DNA of 24,000 nt from Firmicutes bacterium UBA995 (GTDB lineage Bacteria > Bacillota > Sulfobacillia > UBA995), in assembly GCA_002291985.1 (NCBI GenBank), contig DBBB01000137.1:7486-31485 (forward strand). The letters are read 5' to 3'. The notes under the pieces were generated by a model, which worked only from the letters and a program-made list of their open reading frames with translations, searched no databases and was not told the DNA's origin. Positions within the stretch are counted from its first letter, which is position 1; the number at the start of each line of letters is the position of its first letter. A program made the translations under genes and the position numbers. This document shows positions 1-6,586 of this stretch, piece after piece.

Positions 1-1079
1 GGTATCCGGGATACCAGTTCTGCCCGGGCTACGAGCTGTTCCCGCGCCTTGACAAGTTCAAGTCGAGCAAGGAGAAGTTTGAGAAGGGTTGGGGCTACGA
101 GCTGCCCGATTTCCCCGGCCTGTCCACGGTGAAACAGTTCCACCCCAAGGCCAAGGGGTGGGGCCCCGGGGAGATGTGGGATCTCGAGAACCAGATCAAA
201 CTCTGGTACATCATCGGGGCCGACCTGGCGAACGCGGTGGCCGACTCCAAGGGGGTGAAGCGGGCGCTCCAGGGGGCGGAGTTCGTGGTGGTCCAGGATA
301 TCTTCCTGACCGACACCGCCCGGGAGGCGGACGTCGTGTTGCCCGCAGCCTGCTTCGCCGAGAAGGACGGCACTTTTACCGCCACCGACCGGCGAGTGCA
401 GCTCGTCCGCAAGGCGGTGGAGCCGCCCGGACAGGCGCGGCCGGACTGGCAGATCATCTGCGAGATCGGCCGGCGGCTCGGCTACCGCGGCTTTGACTTC
501 TCGAGCCCGGCGGCAGTCATGGATGAGATCGCCTCCCTCGTGCCCGCTTATGCCGGCATCAACCACGCCCGGCTCGAGCAGGAGGAGTTGCGCTGGCCGG
601 TGGCCTCGCCCGATCATCCGGGAACGCCGGTGCTGCACATGGGCGAGTTCATCCGCGTGGGCAAGGCGGAGTTCTGGCCGCTGGCCTACACGCCGTCCCC
701 GGAATTGCCCGATGCCGATTACCCGCTGGTCATGACCACGGGACGCAATCTGCACCACTTCCACCACGTGATCACCCGGCGGGTCGCGGGGCTGAACGAC
801 CTGTGCCCGGAAGACTACGTGGAACTGCACGCGCAGGACGCAGCCGAACTAGGCATCGGCGATGGCGACCAGGTGACGGTGTCGTCCCGCAGGGCCAGCA
901 TGGTCACCCGGGCACGAGTCAGCGAACGGACGATGCGGGGAGTGGTGTTCAAACCCATTCACTTCTGCGAGAAACCGACCAATGCCCTGACCTCGGCCGA
1001 GCACATCGACGCGGTCGGTACCACGCCCAACACCAAGGTATGCCCGGTGCGGGTTGAGAAGGTGCAGTCATCCGCATGA
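1..1079 (+). CDS. fdhA: Formate dehydrogenase catalytic (molybdopterin) alpha subunit, C-terminal ~358 codons; the 5' end lies left of the window
   Basis: Frame 3 is open from nt 3 (YPGYQFCPGYELFPRLDKFKSSKEKFEKGWGYELP...), so the gene enters from the window edge. Motifs typical of FdhF/FdhA-type molybdopterin oxidoreductase C-termini are present: VVQDIFLTDTAREADVVLPAACFAEKDGTFT, LVMTTGRNLHHFHH, GDQVTVSSRR..TRARV, NALTS...TPNTKVCPVRVEK. Stop is TGA at 1077-1079. Confidence 0.8.
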   Translation, partial: YPGYQFCPGYELFPRLDKFKSSKEKFEKGWGYELPDFPGLSTVKQFHPKAKGWGPGEMWDLENQIKLWYIIGADLANAVADSKGVKRALQGAEFVVVQDIFLTDTAREADVVLPAACFAEKDGTFTATDRRVQLVRKAVEPPGQARPDWQIICEIGRRLGYRGFDFSSPAAVMDEIASLVPAYAGINHARLEQEELRWPVASPDHPGTPVLHMGEFIRVGKAEFWPLAYTPSPELPDADYPLVMTTGRNLHHFHHVITRRVAGLNDLCPEDYVELHAQDAAELGIGDGDQVTVSSRRASMVTRARVSERTMRGVVFKPIHFCEKPTNALTSAEHIDAVGTTPNTKVCPVRVEKVQSSA

Positions 1080-1119
1080 CGGCCGCCACGCTTCACCGGC
1101 CGGAGGTGAGCGGCCGTCA
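1077..1119 (+). terminator. GC-rich stem-loop beginning at the fdhA stop codon (possible transcript-end hairpin)
   Basis: Perfect 10-bp inverted repeat TGACGGCCGC (1077-1086) / GCGGCCGTCA (1110-1119) with a 23-nt loop. No U-tract follows, so intrinsic-terminator function is uncertain. Confidence 0.3.
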
Positions 1120-1571
1120 CAGCCCACAAGGGGGAATTGCGTATGACGCCGGTCTCCTCCGGCATGGCCGGGCTCGCGATCTTATCGCGGCGCTGGGTCT
1201 TGTTCCTTGCCGGATGGTCCGGCTTAGTCAACGGGGTGATCCCCGCTGGGTCTTGAGTTCCACCCGGGCGATAGCGGAGGTGGAGCACTGCTGGGACCCT
1301 GTCGCCGGTGGGTCCGCGTGCCGCTTCGGGCCAGCCATTCCTCCAACCCCGCGCCCCTTGAACCGCACACGCTCTTCCCTCGCCGGGAGCGGCGAATACC
1401 GCGAGTTGCTCCGGCATGGCGCCGGGGAATACTTCCCTGCAGGCCGTCGCTCACCTATCCGAGAAATGAGATTGCGAACCCACACTTGGGGCAAGGAGGA
1501 ATTCCGGCGGGGGCAGAAGAAATCGACTACTGGTTCTTACCAGGACGGGGTGAACAGTTACTAATATAGTT

Positions 1572-1667
1572 GAAGCGAGGACTACTGTTTGTTCGATACC
1601 CCGCTTCCCTCTTGTTATTACGAGCGAAGCGTGGCAATCCCTAGAGATTGTTTCGGCACCTTGTGCC
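1572..1667 (+). promoter_or_regulatory. Structured AT-rich leader of sbtA with two mutually exclusive hairpins (candidate attenuator or unknown riboswitch)
   Basis: Hairpin A pairs GAAGCGAGG (1572-1580) with CCCCGCTTC (1599-1607). Hairpin B pairs CCCCGCTTCCCTC (1599-1611) with GAGCGAAGCGTGG (1622-1634), 11 of 13 positions. Both use the same CGCTTC segment. Two further small hairpins follow: CAATC/GATTG (1635-1650) and GGCAC/GTGCC (1655-1667). I recognised no known riboswitch consensus. Confidence 0.3.
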
Positions 1668-1699
1668 TGACAATGACACACAAAGTGGAGGTATAAACC

Positions 1700-2767
1700 A
1701 TGGGAGTGGGAATAGGCGAAACTATTTTAGCCGGAATGTTTGCCCCAGTAATTTTGTTCTTTCTATTGGGAATATTGACTGTTCTGGTCAAGTCCGACTT
1801 GGAGATTCCGCCGGCGATGGGTAAAGCGCTGGCAATCTTCTTGATGGTAGCAATTGGTTTAAGTGGTGGAGCGAAAGCGATCAAAGCCCTTGAAATAGCT
1901 CCCGCTTTACTTGGGGTTATTGTTATTGTGGCTGTCCTGGCAATTATCTGTGGGGCATTCTTTGCTTTCTCAACGGGAAATATATTGAAGAGAGCTGGAC
2001 TGAAAACAGCAGATGCCTGGGCGACTGGAGGACATTATGGTGCAGTCAGTTCCGTTACCTTGGCCGTAGGGGTGGGAATTGCTAGCGCAGCCCAGGAAGC
2101 AGCACCCTCCGGTACTCTCATCTTTGGTGGGTGGATGCCGGTAATATATCCTTTTATGGATAGTCCTTCTTTAGTGACTGCCATTATCTTGGGAAGGATG
2201 GCTCTTGCCAGAGAGGCTGTTGGAGAGGGCATTAAAATAGATATCAAGAAAATCCTTCATCACAGCATCTTCGGAATGGCGGTATGGCTATTAGTTTGCT
2301 CATTGTTTATTGGAATAGTATCCCAAACGTTCTCACCAAGGGAGATGGGGAGGACGATGCTTCTCTTTGATGGTATGTTCCGAGGAGTATTGGCTTTATT
2401 CATGCTAGATATGGGAATGGCTGCTGGAAGGAACATAGGGGCTCTAAAAGAAATTGGGGCTAATCTATGGAAGATAATACTAGTGGCTTTCGGACTACCT
2501 CAAATATGGGCATTGGTTGGAATCCTTGGAGTGTTCGGTATCCACTCATTGATGCCGGGAATGGTGGGCTGGGGAGATGCCTTTGTCTTTGCTACAATTG
2601 CCGGAGGATGCTCCTACATCACGGCGCCAGCAGCAATGCGTATCGCAATTCCTGAAGCAAATCCTTCAGTTTATCTCCCAATGGCACTTGCGTTAACCTT
2701 CCCATTCAATATCATCATTGGCGTGCAACTTTGGCGGATAATTTCCATGGCTCTGTGGGGCGTTTAA
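1700..2767 (+). CDS. sbtA: SbtA-family sodium-dependent bicarbonate transporter (Sbt_1/DUF897 permease), 355 aa
   Basis: ATG at 1700 lies 8 nt after GGAGG (1687-1691). The protein is polytopic and hydrophobic. It has blocks that I recognise from cyanobacterial SbtA: PVILFFLLGILTVLVKSDLEIPPA, ATGGHYGAVSSVT, IYPFMDSPSLVTAI, LLFDGMFRGVLALFMLDMGM, ITAPAAMRIAIPEANPSVY. Codon usage is A/T-rich, unlike all neighbouring genes. Confidence 0.85.
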   Translation: MGVGIGETILAGMFAPVILFFLLGILTVLVKSDLEIPPAMGKALAIFLMVAIGLSGGAKAIKALEIAPALLGVIVIVAVLAIICGAFFAFSTGNILKRAGLKTADAWATGGHYGAVSSVTLAVGVGIASAAQEAAPSGTLIFGGWMPVIYPFMDSPSLVTAIILGRMALAREAVGEGIKIDIKKILHHSIFGMAVWLLVCSLFIGIVSQTFSPREMGRTMLLFDGMFRGVLALFMLDMGMAAGRNIGALKEIGANLWKIILVAFGLPQIWALVGILGVFGIHSLMPGMVGWGDAFVFATIAGGCSYITAPAAMRIAIPEANPSVYLPMALALTFPFNIIIGVQLWRIISMALWGV

Positions 2768-2799
2768 GATTTTGCGGGGGTGCGGGACCTGCAACCTGA

Positions 2800-3211
2800 G
2801 GGGCGGCCTTGGTGTGGGCAGGCGACGCCTCCGGCAGTAAGGATGCGTACACGGCACTGCGCTATGGGGTAGCGGCGATACTCACTTTCACCACCGAACT
2901 ACAGAATAGCACCACTTCCCAGGTCAGCCTCGGCCGGACCACCCACGTCACCGGCGACCTGACGGATATGGGCATTGCCATCGCCGGGGCGGACTGGTGG
3001 CAGGCGGCTTTCCTTTTCACCAAGCACGTGGGGTTTGCCGCCGGGGGGCATCGCCGGCTTCGTGGGAGTGCGTTATCTCGCCCCTGCGACCGTGTTGCTG
3101 GCCTGCGGCGCATCCCTCGCCGTCGCCGCCCTGGCTCTTGTGGCACTCGACCGGCAGCTGGGGCCGGGGCCCGGCGGGCGCGAAACCGTCGCACTGGCGG
3201 GAACCGACTAG
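2800..3211 (+). pseudogene. C-terminal half of a DUF1275 (YoaK-like) membrane protein, frameshifted in a G6 run; the N-terminal half is missing
   Basis: Frame 1 reads ...AAILTFTTELQNSTTSQVSLGRTTHVTGDLTDMGIAIAG...FTKHVGFAAGG. This matches the DUF1275 signature (..GLQNA...RTTHVTG..TD.G). At GGGGGG (3043-3048) the sensible reading jumps to frame 2: GIAGFVGVRYLAPATVLLACGASLAVAALALVAL, a TM helix, ending at TAG 3209-3211. Removing one G restores a single frame. An in-frame TGA at 2797-2799 closes the frame upstream, so only about 135 of the expected ~230 residues are present. Confidence 0.5.
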
Positions 3212-4068
3212 AAGAAGGGAGTCATGAAGGTCCGGGCCGCCAGGGGGTCGAGGGGCTTGTCGACCAAGGGTACGGCCGGGTCGAGGTGGGACAGCCGGTC
3301 GGCGAAAGTCGGCTTTTCGTGGCGATAGATGATGCCGAGAGGTATTCCCTCGTCGCCCCAGGCCAGGGACGCGGCGAAGGCCGCCGGCCGATCGGCCGGG
3401 TCGTGACCCGATTCGAGCGGCCTCACTCGCTGTTTGTACCACTGCAGCGTATTGACCCGATTATACACGGGACAGGGCTGCAGGATGTCGAGCAGGGCAT
3501 AGCCCCGGTACTCGATCGCCGCTTTCATCAGCTCCACCAGCTGTTCCCGCTCTCCCGTAAAGCCGCGAGCAACGAAACCCGCATCCTGGCTGATGGCGAG
3601 CGCCAGGGGGTTGAGCGACGCCGAGCGGACCCCGGCAGGATCTCCGGGAGTTGAGCGGCCCAGGTCCATGGTGGGCGACGCTTGGCCCTTGGTAAGGCCG
3701 TAGACGCCGTTGTTGTGGACGAAGTGGGCGATGTCGATGTTGCGACGGATGGTGTGAAGGAAGTGATTGCCCCCTTCGCCATACGAATCGCCGTCGCCCG
3801 TGCTCACGATCACCGTCAGCGCGGGGTTGACTACCTTGGCGGCGAAAGCCGCCGGCAACGCCCGCCCGTGCAGTCCGTTGAAGCAGTTAGCCCTGATATA
3901 GTGGGGCAGCTTGGCCGCCTGGCCGATGCCAGAACAGATGAGGATCTCGTGCGGCTGCTTGTGGAGCTGGTGCAAGGCCTCCTTGAGACAGACGAGGAGC
4001 AGGTGATTGCCACATCCCGGACACCAGGCCCGCTCTTCCGTGGTGTCGAAGCGGCGCGGTGACGACAC
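3208..4068 (-). CDS. 2-oxoacid:ferredoxin oxidoreductase beta subunit (TPP- and [4Fe-4S]-binding), 286 aa
   Basis: Motifs: AWCPGCGNHLLL (cluster Cys), ICSGIGQA, TGDGDSYGEGGNHF (TPP GDG..N motif), LQPCPVYN. The GTG start at 4068 directly abuts the TGA of the upstream alpha gene (TGAGTG). Substrate (pyruvate, 2-oxoglutarate or other) cannot be read from the sequence. Confidence 0.85.
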   Translation of the reverse strand: MSSPRRFDTTEERAWCPGCGNHLLLVCLKEALHQLHKQPHEILICSGIGQAAKLPHYIRANCFNGLHGRALPAAFAAKVVNPALTVIVSTGDGDSYGEGGNHFLHTIRRNIDIAHFVHNNGVYGLTKGQASPTMDLGRSTPGDPAGVRSASLNPLALAISQDAGFVARGFTGEREQLVELMKAAIEYRGYALLDILQPCPVYNRVNTLQWYKQRVRPLESGHDPADRPAAFAASLAWGDEGIPLGIIYRHEKPTFADRLSHLDPAVPLVDKPLDPLAARTFMTPFF

Positions 4069-5751
4069 TCAGAGCACCTCCTCGCGCGACCAGGCGATGA
4101 TATCGTCGGCGCTGAACGGCCGGCCGTCGTACTTGAGCAGGCTCCGGTCGCTGGCGATGAGCGCTTCCTGCCGAAGGAGACGGGCCAACTGTCCCGAGGA
4201 GTTCTGTTCCACGTTCACCAGCAACCTGCCCGGGGCCTTCTCCTGCAGCCGGGCGGTAGGTAGCGGCCACAGGTCGCCGAAGACCAGCGCCCCCACCCGA
4301 TGCCCTTCCCCGTTGAGCGCCTCCACCGCTTCGCGCAGCGGGCCGTAAACCGAGCCCCAGGCGACGAACAACACCGGGCCGTCTTCCCCCAGGAATTCGG
4401 GTTCCTCGACCTCCTGGCGAAGCAGAGCCAGCTTGGCCATGCGCTTGTTCACCATAGCCGTCCGCACGCTCGCCGATTCCGTGATGTTGCCCCGGGGCGT
4501 GTGCTCATCGCTCGTCAGCATCACCACCTGGCCGGGCGCCTTGCCCGGCACCAGCCGGGGAGAGATGCCGCCTTCCGCGAGGTCGTAGCGCAGGTACTCC
4601 CGGTTGGCGGGGAATTCGCCAGGGTCGACCAGCTGCCGGTCGATGGATTGCGCGCCGAAATCCAGGGGCAATATCGACTGGACATAGTCGGCCAGAAACT
4701 GGTCACCCAGCAGGATCGCCGGTAACTGGTACTTCTCCGCGAGGTTGAAGGCCCGGGCCGCCTGGCGGAAGGCGTCGGCGGGAGTGCGCAGGGCGGTCAG
4801 CAGTCGCGGGAATTCGCCATGCCCCGCACTCAGGGCAAAGCCGAGGTCGCCCTGTTCCGTGCGGGTAGGAAAGCCGGTCGCAGGACCGGGCCGCTGCATC
4901 AGGGCGATGACCACCGGGGTCTCGGTCATCCCCGCCAGGCTGAGCCCCTCGACCATGAGGGCAAACCCGCCTCCCGAGGTGGCGCAGAGGGCGCGAGCCC
5001 CGGCATAGGCGGCGCCGATGGCCATGTTGATGGCCGCGATCTCATCCTCTGCCTGCTCTACCACGATCCCCGCCTCGGCCTGCCGGTCGGCGAGGAAGGT
5101 CATCAGCGGCGTCGCCGGCGTCATGGGATACCAGGCGGCGAAGGTGCAGCCCGCGGCGAGCACGCCCAGTCCCAGCGCCTCGCTGCCGGTGATGAGGATG
5201 CGGTCGCGCTCGGGCCCGACCGGCAATGGCAACGTGAAGTGCCGCGTCACCCACTCTCCCGCTTGACGCAGCGCCTGGAGGTTGACGGCCAACGTGTCCC
5301 CGGCAAACCGCTCGGCCAGGGTGGCCTCGACTATCGCCATGTTCAGTCCGAAATAGGCCGCCACGGCTCCCAGGGCCAGAGTGCCGGCTGTGCGGGGGTC
5401 CCCGAGCGCGCGAGCGGTTTGTTCGAGCGGCAAGAGAACGGCGACCGGGTCGGTCACTCCCGACCCGGCATCGCAGAAGATCTTGCCGTTTTCGGTGAGC
5501 CGGTCGCGATGCAGGCGCACCGTCTCCTCGTTCAGGGCGACGATCAGGTCGACGCCCCGGCGAGGGCCGTACACCGCGCGGTTGGCGACCCTTACCTGGG
5601 CAAAGTTGTGGCCGCCGCGAATCCGGGACATGTAGTCCCTGACCCCGAATACGGCGAGGCCATGCCGGTGGAACGCCTTCTCGGTCAGCCCGGCCAGGGT
5701 CTCCACTCCCTGACCGGCTGCCCCTCCCACCAGGACGGTGTAATCGGTCAT
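4069..5751 (-). CDS. 2-oxoacid:ferredoxin oxidoreductase fused gamma-alpha subunit, 560 aa
   Basis: ATG at 5751 is preceded by GGAGGTG. The N-terminal gamma-type domain reads MTDYTVLVGGAAGQGVETLAGL. The alpha domain follows: ITGSEALGLGVLAAGCTFAAWYPMTPATP, ATSGGGFALMVEGLSLAGMTETPVV. There is no CxxCxxCxxxCP ferredoxin (delta) domain anywhere. The 56 upstream codons in the ORF track overlap the preceding gene and lack an RBS. Confidence 0.85.
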   Translation of the reverse strand: MTDYTVLVGGAAGQGVETLAGLTEKAFHRHGLAVFGVRDYMSRIRGGHNFAQVRVANRAVYGPRRGVDLIVALNEETVRLHRDRLTENGKIFCDAGSGVTDPVAVLLPLEQTARALGDPRTAGTLALGAVAAYFGLNMAIVEATLAERFAGDTLAVNLQALRQAGEWVTRHFTLPLPVGPERDRILITGSEALGLGVLAAGCTFAAWYPMTPATPLMTFLADRQAEAGIVVEQAEDEIAAINMAIGAAYAGARALCATSGGGFALMVEGLSLAGMTETPVVIALMQRPGPATGFPTRTEQGDLGFALSAGHGEFPRLLTALRTPADAFRQAARAFNLAEKYQLPAILLGDQFLADYVQSILPLDFGAQSIDRQLVDPGEFPANREYLRYDLAEGGISPRLVPGKAPGQVVMLTSDEHTPRGNITESASVRTAMVNKRMAKLALLRQEVEEPEFLGEDGPVLFVAWGSVYGPLREAVEALNGEGHRVGALVFGDLWPLPTARLQEKAPGRLLVNVEQNSSGQLARLLRQEALIASDRSLLKYDGRPFSADDIIAWSREEVL

Positions 5752-5804
5752 CTTGCCGTCACCTCCCGCATCCGGCGGCGCCCCACACGGAAGATGTGCC
5801 GCTG

Positions 5805-6569
5805 CTATTCGCGAGGGGCCTGTGGCATCCCTTTCAGCACCGCTTCGCGATGGATGTAGCCTCCCCGGTGCAAGATCGTGTCCTTCAGTTGCGGGTCCAT
5901 GGCCATGCTGGCAATGCAAGGATAGCTATGCCAGGCCTGAGCGAGGACTTCGATGAGGTGTTCGTCGACCGGTTTCCCCTCCAGGTTGCGCGCCATGAAG
6001 TAAGCGCAGCCGCACGGCGAACTCCGCATGACCTCGACCTTGTGCATCCGGTCGCCACGAATGGTCACCCGAACCTGGGGATAGCCGATGCGGAAGTGGC
6101 GGAGAAACGCGTTGACGGCAGGGGTCGAAGCGTCTTCGCCCAGGGCACAGAAAGGCCTGGGAAAGGCGGCCTCCAGGCCTAGTTCGCGGGCGCGGCGCGC
6201 CGTCTGGTTGGCCATCCCGGGCCGGATCCACGCCGGGTCCTCGACGGGGGCAATCAGCGCCTTGGCCCCCACCCGGGCAGCCTGGTCGACCAGTGCCAGC
6301 AAGAGATCCTGGTGCACGTTGATGGCCACCACGCTATGGACCCCCGCCAGGTGGGCGTCGGCCGGCAGGTAGCGCTCGGGGTCCTCGATCATCGACGGCA
6401 GCCCCCCCGGTTGCTCCCAGACACAGGCCAGGTCTCGGCTGAAGTCAAGGTCATGATCGGCCCGGCAGTTCACGCATACCTCGCAGCCAGTGCAAAAACC
6501 GGCTTCGTCCCGCAGGTGGCGTAGGACTTTCAGCCCGTAAGCTCCGCTATAGAGCAGCGCAATATTCAC
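5805..6569 (-). CDS. Cys-rich DUF166-like protein of unknown function, 254 aa
   Basis: GTG at 6569 lies 17 nt after the acsC stop, preceded by GGAGCGAGAGGG. The protein reads VNIALLYSGAYGLKVLRHL..FCTGCEVCVNC..FPRPFCALGED..SSPCGCAYFMARNLEG..HSYPCIASMAMD..ILHRGGYIHRE. The overall pattern fits my recollection of the mainly archaeal DUF166 family. The 87 upstream codons of the ORF-track entry overlap acsC and are R/G-rich. Confidence 0.6.
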   Translation of the reverse strand: MNIALLYSGAYGLKVLRHLRDEAGFCTGCEVCVNCRADHDLDFSRDLACVWEQPGGLPSMIEDPERYLPADAHLAGVHSVVAINVHQDLLLALVDQAARVGAKALIAPVEDPAWIRPGMANQTARRARELGLEAAFPRPFCALGEDASTPAVNAFLRHFRIGYPQVRVTIRGDRMHKVEVMRSSPCGCAYFMARNLEGKPVDEHLIEVLAQAWHSYPCIASMAMDPQLKDTILHRGGYIHREAVLKGMPQAPRE

Positions 6570-6586
6570 GGTGCCCTCTCGCTCCT

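Noticed and set aside
1076-1564. 162-aa plus-strand ORF after fdhA
   Set aside because: It has no RBS, no recognisable motif and an R/G/P-rich composition. The region is better explained as degraded or non-coding sequence (see the findings).
1080-1700. Cobalamin, Moco, TPP or guanidine riboswitch, RNase P, tmRNA or SRP RNA in the fdhA-sbtA gap
   Set aside because: I searched by eye for the B12 box, CTGAGA/ACCTGA, GGAAAGTCC, the tmRNA 5' end and SRP motifs, and found none. This cannot be fully excluded without a covariance-model scan.
2809-3654. 281-aa plus-strand ORF taken as a single gene
   Set aside because: Only the first ~80 codons make biological sense (the DUF1275 fragment). After the G6 run, the sensible frame changes. 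Beyond 3211, the ORF is antisense to the OFOR beta gene.
4819-5859. 346-aa plus-strand ORF
   Set aside because: It is antisense to the OFOR gamma-alpha gene. It is R/G-rich and has no recognisable domain.
5752-5919. N-terminal 56-codon extension of the OFOR gamma-alpha ORF
   Set aside because: It overlaps the DUF166-like gene and is low-complexity. ATG at 5751 has GGAGGTG upstream and starts exactly at the conserved gamma-domain N-terminus.
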